A stretch of 20,000 nt of DNA from Welwitschia mirabilis (Eukaryota): assembly GCA_051453625.1 (NCBI GenBank), contig JBOZIK010000001.1, positions 24,248,399-24,268,398 of the forward strand, given 5' to 3'. The notes under the pieces were generated by a model, which saw only the letters and a list, made by a program, of their open reading frames with translations, had not been told where the DNA came from and did no database searches. Position 1 is the first letter of the stretch. Each line of letters starts with the position of its first letter. Positions 1-15,054 of the stretch are shown one piece after another. The position numbers were made by a program, and so were the translations under genes.

Positions 1-230
1 GATAACACTATTATAATAAATATTTCTAAAAATCCTGTTTAGCATTCCATAACTAAACACATTAAACTAAGATATCATTTTTTAAGAGATCGAGTTGAAA
101 AAGAAATATTTCTATGAATTTTATGAGTACAGATTATCAACTTGCTGATATCTTTACCAAACCTCTAAATTGTGATAATTTTCTTCGTCTTCGAAATGAA
201 TTTGGAGTTATTTCTCTATCCTTTAGGTGA
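1..230 (+). pseudogene. Ty1/copia pol C-terminus (RNase H), disrupted
   Basis: Reads DNTIIINISKNPV*HSITKHIKLRYHFLRDRVEK / (frameshift near 103) NISMNFMSTDYQLADIFTKPLNCDNFLRLRNEFGV...*. This matches the copia motifs NPVxHxRTKHIxxRYHFxR and QLADIFTKPL. Premature TAG at 40-42; terminal TGA at 228-230. Confidence 0.93.
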
Positions 231-579
231 TTGCTGGGAGATCAATTGACCAGACTAAAAACCCGGTCACTGGGACCTTAAGAGTACTATGGCCCTCATC
301 TTGATGGGTTGATTGGACCTCAAACTGATTGACTAGATCTGTAGGATTACAGTGTGGTAGAACTATCGGTGGACACAAGCTCTTTATCAAAATCCACCTA
401 ATCGACCTTCTTTGTAAAAGTGAGTGAATTCCAAACCCCTTTCATTATCTTCTAGCCACATGTCTCCTTCATATTTAGTGTCTCTTTCAGATTTTTCTTA
501 TCTCCAGGCTCCTGACATATGGTTGTAATGGCTAAGAAGCCATTAGCAAAGATCCTTCTTATTTCTAATAAGGCATATC

Positions 580-1554
580 TGAAGAATCTTTAGACAAGTT
601 TAATGAGAAGTTTATAAAGAAGCCAGTGTGTCAAGAAAGGGCTATTTCCACTTTAGAGCTAAGGGATCTTAGAGATGTGATCCAACTTTTGCAAGATATG
701 GATCTTTTTTATTTTCTAGATGTTTCATGTCATGCTTATCCTTTTCTCACCATGATGTTCTATTATAATGCTTCCTATGATGTTGACAATGCAACCCTAG
801 AAACCCTGGTTTTGGGGAAGAAGATGAAGGTTACTGCAAACTACATTACTGCCATTACTAATCTTCCCAGAGGAGACTATAATGAAATTTAGCCTCTTTG
901 TGACTCCATGGAAGACAAAGCAGAGGTAACAAGAAAAATTTGTAGTAAGTTTCAAAGCTAGAAATACACCCTTTCTGCTTCTCTACTTACCCCAAAGTAT
1001 AGGTTTTTGCATTTAGTGTTTACATATAATTTCTTAATTTAGGGGGTCATCATGATAAGACTGCCAACTACAGGGTCTATTTGATGTACTTGGTAGGAAC
1101 TAGACACTATATCGATGCCCTTGCCATCATATTAAAGAATATGGTCTCCCAGTGGGGGTATCACAAGACTAGGGCTCTACCATACTCAGTGCGGATTGCC
1201 AATATCTATCATCATTCTAGAGTTCAGTTTTACCTGAGACTAGAAACCCTTAACCCCATGTCACCCATTGGGCGTGCGATGTTGTCTCGCATGCATATCT
1301 TTGTAGGTTGCAAGAAATCCTCAAAATCTCCTTCTCCCAAGCAAGCTTCTCTAGAGGAGGCTCTTTCATACCTAAGGCGAATTGACTCTCATACCAGACA
1401 CATGAAAGAATCTCTAATCGCAGCTGGGTATGAGATTGCAAACAGTTCAGAGGAAGCCAAAAGCTTAGAATAGAAGGCTACTGAAGAAGAGGAAGAGAAA
1501 GGAGAAGACGATTCTGAAGAAGAATCAGGGGAGGAAGCCAAGGAATCTGATTAA
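580..1554 (+). pseudogene. Extra ('env-like'/ORF2) gene of the retrotransposon, disrupted by stops and a frameshift
   Basis: ORFs 626-892 and 1081-1473 join through in-frame TAGs and a frameshift near 1040. Segments YPFLTMMFYYN...LVLGKKMKVT...ITAITNLP and LTPKYRFLHLVF resemble the extra ORF found downstream of pol in plant LTR elements. It ends in an acidic tail EEEEEKGEDDSEEESGEEAKESD* (TAA 1552-1554). The start is uncertain. Confidence 0.7.
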
Positions 1555-2035
1555 TCTTCTTTTTGTGCTTATGCCTTTCTAATATTTTCTTATGTGTGTT
1601 TATTCTCTCTTTTGTCATTGATGTCAAAAGGGGTAGAATTAGTTAGTTGTTTCTACTACTTTCAGCTGTATCTACTCTTGATGAGCACTTTTCATTGTAT
1701 TGTTCATCTTTCAATAATAGAAATGCACTTGGTTTTCATGTTCTATAATTTGTCTCACATTTCTAATGCACATCTATTTTTATTATGAACTCTAATTTCT
1801 GTTACATCTTATGGTTATTAAATAGTTCATGATCAAAATGTTGTTTGTCACATATGTTATGGCACTTTCATTGTACTACAAATTGTTTTAATTATGGCAC
1901 AAGTTAGAAACTTTTCAAAATGTCTATTTGATATAAAATGTTTAATATCTTTTGTAAAAGTTAATAAGCGTTTAGTGAGGGGAAGTTTTTCCAAATCTAA
2001 TATTTTCAACTAAGAAAAAGTTTGCCATCAATGGC

Positions 2036-2046
2036 AAAGGGGGAGA
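2036..2046 (+). other. Polypurine tract (PPT) adjacent to the 3' LTR
   Basis: AAAGGGGGAGA followed by T then TGTTAAG, the canonical copia/Sirevirus junction AAAGGGGGAGATTGTT. Additional PPT-like tracts occur at ~1627-1638 (AAAAGGGGTAGA) and ~1977-1985 (GAGGGGAAG). Confidence 0.88.
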
Positions 2047-2047
2047 T

Positions 2048-3352
2048 TGTTAAGTTAGTATTTGTCAATTGATGTCAAACCAATGTTTTTTGTGTAGCAA
2101 AACATATTTGTATCTTGTGTAGAAAATATTAATCATTACAAGTCATAAGCTGAAAGAATTTGTCAGATTTTGGTCTTGAACCTGTCAAGTTTTGATACCC
2201 TCTTGAAGGGTTGATCGAACATATGAGGGGTCGACCAAACCTGAGGACTGTGCATTTGATACTTGTTAGTCGATGGTTAAAGGATCGATCGGACACTTGA
2301 GAAGTTAACCGGACCTGAGCAATGAGCATTAATATTTCACAGCCAATCGTCAAGGGGTTAACTAGATTCCTAAGGAATCGACCAGACCTGGAGTAGCATT
2401 CACCCTTTATCAAAAATGAGTCAACCAGACTTTTATGGGATCGATCGGACCAGGAGCAGAAAACTGTGTTGGATTTTTTTTTTGACCAACATGTGGGTGA
2501 CCGGATGAGCAGTCGACTGGGCCCTGAGGGGCCGACTGGACATGGAGCCATAAGAAACAGAGGTCGATCAGAAGAACTTAAGGGTAACTGACTTAAATAA
2601 TAGCACCAGATCGGATCGACCAAACTTTTAAAGGGTCGATTGGACTTTTAAGGGATTGACTAGTTATGAAAGAAATGGAATTTTTCTAGCCATTATATGT
2701 CCATTTTATGTCTATTAGAAGATATTTTTACTTGTGAAAACTCTAAAAGTCTTCCACTATATATTTGCCAAGAGTCAAAATCACTGTACCACTTTTGAAT
2801 CTTTTTGAAATCATTCATTGTACTCATTTACATCTCATCCCTAACCGGAGACGAACTAAGAACTGTTGTTATCATTGCATACTTGGTCAAGTCTATTGCA
2901 CTCTACACTTTTAGATTATACCATATTCTAAAGCAGTGCATCAATACCATTCTTAAGCCAAATATCGGGTGAAACCTATGCATTTTGGCAAACCATTATT
3001 ACCACTTTGCTTTCTTGTAAAAGGTTGAGATTGAGCCTTAGAAAAATCCATTTGTAAAGGTTATAGGTAAACCTGAAATACCTGAAAAGAGTTTAATAGA
3101 AATCCTGATTAGGCTTGGATAGAAGCTGATCATCGAGAGTGAAGTAGGGGATTTCCCAAACCTCTATAAATCTTGTATGCTTCTGATCAGTATTTCTGTG
3201 CTTTTTGTTCTTTAGTTTTCAGAATAGTTTCAATTTACTTGCACAAGGTTTTTAGTGTTCATTTCAAGTAAAGCTATTTTTGTGAAGTTATTTAATTAAA
3301 TTTTTTTAGAATCGTATTAACCCTCTCCTGCTCTAGGATTCTTGATCCTACA
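2048..3352 (+). repeat. 3' long terminal repeat (~1305 bp)
   Basis: Starts TGT directly after the PPT and ends ...ATTAACCCTCTCCTGCTCTAGGATTCTTGATCCTACA (C-rich terminal tract, CA end). Contains a palindromic motif array (2205-2665) and a TATA-like CTATATAT at ~2757-2764. The 3' boundary is inferred, since no second LTR is in the window. Confidence 0.78.
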
Positions 3353-5020
3353 AATACTAATACTCCCACATTTCCATCTTTTTAAATGAGAAGGAAAAAT
3401 ATGGATATTATTATGATTAAAAGATTTATAGGCAAAATTTATATTAGATGATGAATTTCTTAAAGAAGAATAAAATCAATAGAGATGAGAGAACAAAAAT
3501 ATAAAATAGCACATTTCTTGTAAAGTCTATTTGTAAGGCCTTGTACATTCCACAGGAAAATTATTATGAGGAGAGGTGAGGTTTAACCCCCTCATTCTTC
3601 AACAAATTAATAGTTATACATGAATCAATATCCATAATTAAAGATAAGCTAGAAAAAAACATTAGTAGTATGAGTATTAGTTGGTGATGATGTTTTTAAA
3701 AGACGAAGAAGACCATCATCTGATTATTGCATTTTAGGATGATTACCATAAGAATCTCATTTTTTTAACTCAACCAAAGTAAAACCTGTGAAATTCGTAC
3801 AGGGTTGTTTTGAAGCATTTAAAATAGGCTTGCATATACTCATTAGCGTATAAATCTTTTGCCATGAAGAATTCTATTAAATAGTTGATTATTAGAATCA
3901 TTAGTAAGGAATAGAAAAGAATCAAACTAAAATTTTAAGACAGAGACTTTAGATAGAACCTTGTTCTTGATTTTCCATTTTTCATTTCTTTGTAACAATG
4001 GACAACTATTAAAAATATAACTCTGATAGTGACAATAATTATAGGAATTTGGAAGATTTAAATACACCACAAATTGATAAAAGGTTGTATTAACAACCTT
4101 TAATGTGAGTACCTTCTTTCAAGTTATTAGATTTACCTCGATATGAAATCATTTAGAAACACTACGAGTGAAAACTTTGTTTTCATAATTAATAACATTA
4201 CAAATAAAACCAATAGTTTTCCAGTTTGAAGGTTGAAAAATCAAAAGTAGATTTGGAAGTTTAACCATGAAAGGAACAATCTCATATATAAGGTCATGAA
4301 CATTAAAGCATTTCTTCCATGCCCTAATAATGAGAATATCATGTTTGTGTTAGAAAAAGAAGTGAATATAAGTCGTTCATTTTACCATTGGATTATCTTT
4401 CAATTCAAGAAGGAAAAGATGTCACAAAAATATGAAGCATGTTTTACAAGAATGTTGTATTGTGTTAACATATATTTAATTTGCATTATATAAGAAGAAG
4501 AGAAGGGATCTAGTCCAAAACTTGAAGAAAGAAATACTGCCTTGAGAAATTTTGTAAAGATCTATCAAATAAATCATTAGGTAGAATAAAATCATAATGC
4601 ATATCTGCAGTATCATTTCATAGTTTAGTCAATGAGGTGTATTCAATGCTTAATTTAGCACATGAAACTAGATTCTTCAAAGAAGTAGTAAAAAGGTTTA
4701 TTTTAGAATCTTTTTTTATGTTATCTTGTAATTTTGCTCCTTCCAGAGTTAAGAGTGTGCAAGTCAAGTCAATTGTTTGAATAGAAATCACTCATAGGAA
4801 GGTGAATCTAAAAGATAGATTGACTTTGCGTAGGTAAAAGATGAAAAAAAAGCCCTTTAATCCTTTGGTTAGACCCTAAAATGCTCCACAATTTTTCCTC
4901 TAGAATTTTCTAAAACCCCTTTCTAATTCACATCCAACTCTTTGCAATTACCAAAGAAACCTCTCTGAATAGACATTTATTTTTCTAAAATTCAAATATC
5001 TTTAGTCTAATATGATTTCT

Positions 5021-5140
5021 AGGCTTTATAAAACTTCTACCAACTCACCTAAACAAAATTTCAAAAGTAAATAAACAAACGAAAGGCTTTGTAAGCTTCC
5101 AACAAGTTACCTAAACCAAATTCAAAAATAAATAAACAAA
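5021..5140. repeat. Diverged ~60 bp tandem duplication upstream of the ATPase gene
   Basis: AGGCTTTATAAAACTTCTACCAACTCACCTAAACAAAATTTCAAAAGTAAATAAACAAA (5021-5079) vs AGGCTTTGTAAGCTTCCAACAAGTTACCTAAACCAAATTCAAAAATAAATAAACAAA (5084-5140). Confidence 0.7.
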
Positions 5141-5222
5141 TAAAACTTTAAATCAAACGGCTACACACGAAATCAAATTACACCAAAAGTCCAAAGGGTA
5201 ATAATAACCTAAACTAAACTAC

Positions 5223-5254
5223 ATATAAGTGGTTATAAATATAAGTGGTTATAA
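5223..5254. repeat. Perfect 16 bp tandem duplication
   Basis: ATATAAGTGGTTATAA x2. Confidence 0.9.
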
Positions 5255-6009
5255 CAAGAACAGTAAAGAAATCAAATTGTACCAAAAAGCAAAGGCATGA
5301 TAACCCGAATAGGGGACCTTAACGGTGGTAACAGATTTTCATGCTAAGGCCTAAACAAAGATTTAAATGACATACGATTAAATGCAAATTTATTTTGTTA
5401 TTGCTTAAAAAGTAGAGACAGACACGAGATTAAGCATTCGTTTAGATTTGAAAAACCTGCAACTCGCCTCCTCAGCGTCGCTTCTTTTGTGGAAGTTCTC
5501 AAAAAAAAAAAGAAAAAAGAGANNNNNNNNNNGACCTTCTGGCGAAAACGAAAGAAGAGACGGCATATTTCTTTTTAGGATGCGTGCTGATATTTTATAC
5601 GCATATGTGATCTGGACGGCAAATCTACTTCACTAGGAAGGTGTCACGAAGGTGGCAAGGTACTGCCAGGATTCTTAGTTTGTTAGCGCTTCTGCGTATT
5701 TCTTGTCGGGAAAGTCTTGGACCTCCATTTCCTTGGTATTCGCAATAATGTTTTTCTGGTATGCTGGCGAATCCTCGGTTTGGTTCCTTGTTATGGATTT
5801 TCTGCAATAATAGAGGCCCAGTTGTCTACTTTTGCTTTTGCGTCGTAAAGAGCAAATGAACGCCTCTGCCTTTATTTTGCTGGGCCTCTGCATTTGACAT
5901 GGTTTTCAGAGAGCCTTTGAAGTCTTTTAAAGATCTCTTTGTGTGCTTCTGATTCCGTGAAGATCAGAAGATCGGAATTTTGGTTGTCATCGAAACGGTA
6001 TTACTCGTG

Positions 6010-6835
6010 GTATGCGTTCTTCTTTGTTTTTTGATCGCTATTAAACCCTTTGTATTCCCAAAACTTCTATCTTATTTCAGTTTTTTTCCTTTTCGTCCCT
6101 GTCTGCTTAGTGAAATTACTTAATTGCGTAATATCAAGTGTGACAATCTTCTAGCGTTGATCTACATGTTACAAATAGTCGAATGGTCTTTGGTTTTATT
6201 GATTAAGCTTCTTCTGCAATAGTGGATTTTGTTTTAGAACAAAAATCGCATTATAGGAGTTCTTTTTCGGTGCTAGGTCTTCTGTTATATATCATGTAAG
6301 AGGAGCTCTTCTAAGATGAGAGATTTTTGACGTTTTGTCATTTGTTTGTATAATACAGGAATTTGGTCTAGGAAGACCTTTGTCATTTACATCTCATTTG
6401 TTTTCTGAGATTATCGTCTGATGCGAACATGCACCGCATGGTATTGCTTGTTTTGTCTGATCGTATTTCGTCCCTACAAATTTCAGAGCTCCTGAGTTAT
6501 GAATCTGCTTTGAAATTCATAAAATACACAAACTTATTTTCTTTCCGCAAATTTTTATGCGGACTGAATACAGCGCCATGAATGTCAATATACGGTATTA
6601 TGAGTTAGAATGAGTTTTCTAGTCGATTGTTTTAACAGGTTCACTAAAATGGTACTTTTCTTTAAACAGTTATATAAAACCAACATATTGAATTTTTCTT
6701 CTTAGCGATTTCTTTTAAAAAGGTTTTGCATTTTAGATTACGTTTAATTTAAAAAACGGTTTTGCATTTTTTAGACAAAATGCTCGATTGGCATTTAGAG
6801 CACTGACTATTTTGATTGGAATTTGCTTTTTATAG
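6010..6835 (+). other. Probable 5'-UTR intron of the Ca2+-ATPase gene
   Basis: Donor G|GTATGC at 6010, T-rich interior, branch-point-like CACTGAC (~6801-6807) and acceptor TTGCTTTTTATAG ending 6835 (alternative AG at 6843). The ATG follows about 100 nt later. Confidence 0.55.
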
Positions 6836-6937
6836 GGCTGCAGAAATTTCGTGAAGGATTTTAATCCAAACTGGAACGCCTAGATTGCCACTTGCAAAGT
6901 TGTTGAATACTGAGGATTCAGAACTTTGTCAACTCCT

Positions 6938-11075
<4,138 letters not shown>

Positions 11076-14000
11076 TTCATTAGATGCAGTTCTCATCTGG
11101 GATGCAAATTTTTCCCTAGCGTACTGGCTTAGTTGTTTCTTGGCTTTGCAAGCATGTTCCTCGTCTTTGTTTGTCCAAATGGAAGATCGCGTGAGATATC
11201 TGATAAAGCATCATTGATGTAGACGAGAGAATGCTGGCCTATGCCTTGCAAAGTGTATGTAAATTCTGAAATCCACTTCTCGAGGCTTGAAACAAGTAAG
11301 CCTACATTTTTTCCCCAAATGCTCTGAAGAGCTCAAAAGNNNNNNNNNNTCTATGCAGCAACATGTTCTCATCGTTTTTTACCACTAAGACCTTTTCCCA
11401 ATGTGTTGCATTTTCCATGTAACGCTTCTTTATAAGCATTGAATTTTTTACTTTTTTAAAATTCCCTGGAATGCTGATTACTACGAACTTGTTTTCTCAA
11501 CATTCCCATGTTTTAAAGTAGTCTTTGATCAGTGCAGAGGTGTCTGAGATCTTTTGGAAGCATTGAACCTTTATGACAAGACAAATTACTAATTTTTAGA
11601 ATGTTCCCATACAGTACAACCAATCAAAAGCTTTGCTGGCATAATCATATTATATGAAAATAGCATAGGAATCAGGAAGGAAACAAACCAAGTTCAGCCA
11701 CAGGTGAACTGCAGGAGATCCACACAACCAAATGTTAGACACACTTCCTTCTGTCTTTCTGTCGATGTGATCTTTCTGTAGAGATGCTGCTCTTTGTTAC
11801 CGTTATAGATGTTTTCATGTTTTGCTACTTTGAATTTTGCCATTGTCCCCTACCATGACATCTTAGCCCAATATGTTCTGCCCCTTTTGAATGTTTAACT
11901 GGGTTCGTTGAATGTTAGCAGCAACATTGTTATAAGAACTTGTGAACAGTTCACGGATGTTGATACTCAGTATCTCATGTTACATGAATTCTTCTCTTCT
12001 AATTTTTCCATCATAAGCATGGGTTGGCAAGGCAATGGAATCTAGCCAATGGTCTAAACCTCGACAGATGGTGAGTGTCGTTCAGACACTTAAAAAGTTT
12101 CAGCAACTTATGTTTTCTGGGCTCTAAGAAATAGACCTACGGAGAGGGAAAGGGAGGTAGAGAGGTACAGTTGCATTCTGTTGCTATGTGGATTAGTTTT
12201 GTCTTTTGTAATTGGCATCTTTTCACACTATTGGTTATATCTGAGTAATTGCACATACACTCACGTTAAAAAGAAATATATCCAAATAATTATTATCAAA
12301 TAAAGGCATTAGATTTATTCTGTAATTTACACTTCTGCTTCTATAGTTAGTCATTTTTGGATTTCTATTTCCAAAAATCAAATGGAAAATGCCTGAATTT
12401 TATCTACACATAAGATGTGTACATGCGAGGAAGCAAATATATTATTTGATGTGACAGTAGGAAATAATAGATGATAATAGAGAATACGGTTGATTCAGAT
12501 AGAGTTGATTGAGATGTTAACGCACAGTTGAATATTTTGATACATACACACAGGTATGAAGAAGGAAAAACTATGGGAATAAATGGTTAGGTTTTGTTTT
12601 CTGACCTTTGATTCTGGGTCCATGTAAAATTTCATCAGACTGTAGTTATAACACTTCGTTATGAGTCTTTGTAGTGCAGGCTGTAGTGATGGAGATCGTA
12701 GTGCTCACATTCTAGTTTGATTGCGTGTGTTGCACACTTCAAAATGGCTAGCATTCTGTATGTAACTTTAAAAAGTTGATGATTTGTGGTGCAGCTGACC
12801 CAAGTGACGATGTAGCCTAGTTGCTGGGTTCGAATAAGTGAAAATACGTGAAGGAGGTACAGACCACTTTTCTTGCGAACCACTCTGTGCTGTTTGCTAG
12901 TGTTAAAAAGTAGCCTGTAATCGATTTCATAGCCCATTTTCTGAAGTGTAGCTTTGTTGCTTACACTAACGTACCCTTAGGAATAACATCTTACAATGTA
13001 AGCTCATAGCCCTCAAATTTTGTTTAGTCAAATGTGAATGGTTTTTTGAAAACTGCAGTTCCTAGAGACACGCATCAAGGAAGAGATAAAGGCATGGAAC
13101 GAAATGAATGAAGGTTGTGTGGTTAAAATGATGCTTGAGGAGGATTGTAAGTTCATTCCGTTATAAAAATTTGCTCGATTACATGCAAAATCTCATGCGT
13201 TTTATAAGGAGGACATTTCCAAATGATGCAAGGGGTACTTGCTTTTTCGCCTTTCTTCAGTTAATGCTTCCTTAAGTAGACTCTTGAATTGTTTGCAGAC
13301 TTCTTGCAAGTTAAACTCGTTTGGCAAGTTTGCGCTTGAGCCAGCTTCCATTTTGGATTCAAAGTTGGAGTTAAATAACACGGTGAAGAAAACTATTACT
13401 GGGGATGCAGATTGAGTGCTTCTTGCCATAGTAAAACCTCTTCTAAGCTATTTGTTGCTTTTTTTTACTGTATTTTGTGCTTCATATTTCTTAGTTGCAT
13501 GTCATTTTAGGCTAGCAAAGATCGTAGCAGGGATTACTTTCTTTAAGAGCTAAGCTCAGAATGTTAATTCAGGTGTGGCATTAGGAGTGGTATGAAAGCT
13601 TAGGTCTTGGTTACCGGTGTTATTATCATCGATAACATAAAGGTGATAAGCTCCAACAAAGCCACTAACACAAACCTTGACTAGAGGGTTAGAAAATGGT
13701 AGCTAATCCAATCTGTTACACCTAATAAGGGAGTTATTTCTTGATGTTTAGGAGTAAAATTTCTGCAACTTCAAGAAGAAGGTTGTCGAAGAGGCTTGTT
13801 GATAGGAGGAAGAAAAGGTGTGAAGGAAGAACCCTGAAACGAAGAACGGTCTTCTATGTATTAAATTAAAAGTCTAAGCTTTGAACAGAGAACATTAAAG
13901 ATGACAAATAATATGAATAATCTCACGTAGGTTAACAAGAGTAATATAGAACTGATAAGAATCTATGAACGTGAATAAACTCTATTTGGACACCACCTAA

Positions 14001-14445
14001 TAAGGTGAATTTAAAGGGAGATATTAACCATTTTTACTTGAAACAAGAGTAAATAGTGTAGAATATTTTAACAAAAATATTCAAGTCATATAATTTTAAA
14101 ATGAGAGAAATATTGTAAGGTTTTAAAAATAATAATAGTGTGAGATGATTAGATAGTTTGAGAAAGAATTTTGATGGCATAATAATTAATTTTGTGTGTA
14201 ATAAGATAACTAAAATATAATTCTCAAGATACTATATTTGTTTTACAAAACACGCAGCTAAAATAAATAGTTATGTTAAAAAAAGATATTATTCATCACA
14301 AAACAATAATGACATAAATGGTATAAACATTGGTTTTGCTATCACATGAAAAATGTATGGATTAATACAAGTATAAATAAAAGTATAAATCATCATTTTG
14401 TTGGAAGAACAATTGGATATCTATAGTAAATGTGTAAGAAGTAAT

Positions 14446-14485
14446 GCACGTAATTTATATTCCTAGCACGTAATTTATATTCCTA
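14446..14485. repeat. Perfect 20 bp tandem duplication
   Basis: GCACGTAATTTATATTCCTA x2. Confidence 0.92.
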
Positions 14486-14542
14486 AATCAGTTACAACTT
14501 ATATTCAAAGCTCAAATATTATAATAAATTGTTCTGTTAGTA

Positions 14543-15054
14543 TAAGCGCAAAAGAAATAGAGAACACTTCTTAAAGGATGGATTACTTGTTGATTGTGGT
14601 ACCAACTCCTAGAATTTTCTTTTGTGCATTAAATTATATTATTTATTCATATTTACTTAGAATGGTGTTAGCATATCAAAAATTGTAGTGGCAAGATGTG
14701 TTGTTATTTCATGCAAAATTGCCTTTCACATTAAGTTTTCTTGTACTCTTTTTCATAGTTTGTACATTTTCTTGAATTATCACATGGGTTTTGAAATAAT
14801 TTACATGAAAAAATAAACATGATGATTTGAAATATTCTGTAGGTGCATTTTGTACGTCATTTACTTGGAATGTTGCGGGTTTTTAAAAACCATGTTTTCA
14901 TGAATCTCCTATTTGTAGTTATTACAGGCGTAGGGTTGGAATATACACTTAAATATACACCTTATAGACTGTAGGTGCTTTACAATCTTATGAAAAACTC
15001 CTTTACTTATATATTTTACTCCTTATTGTAAATCGCAACATAGAATGCATCCAA
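14543..15054 (+). repeat. Direct repeat copy 1 (~510 bp)
   Basis: Colinear with 16078-16730 from TAAGC(G/A)CAA.AGAAA.AGAGAACACTTCTTAAA to ATGCATCCAA, roughly 80% identical by eye. Confidence 0.9.

Larger units (their letters stand above)
1..3352 (+). mobile_element. 3' portion of a degenerate Ty1/copia LTR retrotransposon, Sirevirus-like (pol end, env-like ORF, multi-PPT, 3' LTR)
   Basis: Order on the + strand is copia RNase H C-terminus (1-230), a disrupted extra ORF (~580-1554), PPT AAAGGGGGAGA (2036-2046), then TGTT...CCTACA (2048-3352). The 5' part lies outside the window. Confidence 0.9.

Noticed and set aside
793..808. Telomere-like AACCCTAGAAACCCTG
   Set aside because: It is two imperfect units inside the retroelement ORF, consistent with chance.
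2129..2623. 164 aa minus-strand ORF
   Set aside because: It lies entirely within the LTR palindrome array, has no recognisable domain, and its repeated SDRS/SGR pattern reflects the DNA motif.
3684..3723. TGATGA...CTGA resembling a C/D box snoRNA
   Set aside because: At ~40 nt it is too short, has no recognisable rRNA guide, and lies in AT-rich intergenic DNA.
6926..6937. ORF-track start at TTG 6926 (MSTP...)
   Set aside because: This is a eukaryotic gene; the ATG at 6938 matches the homologous N-terminus.
12812..12836. tRNA/SINE-like A box (TAGCCTAGTTG) and B box (GGTTCGAAT)
   Set aside because: The boxes are only a few bases apart, with no cloverleaf, tail or TSD.
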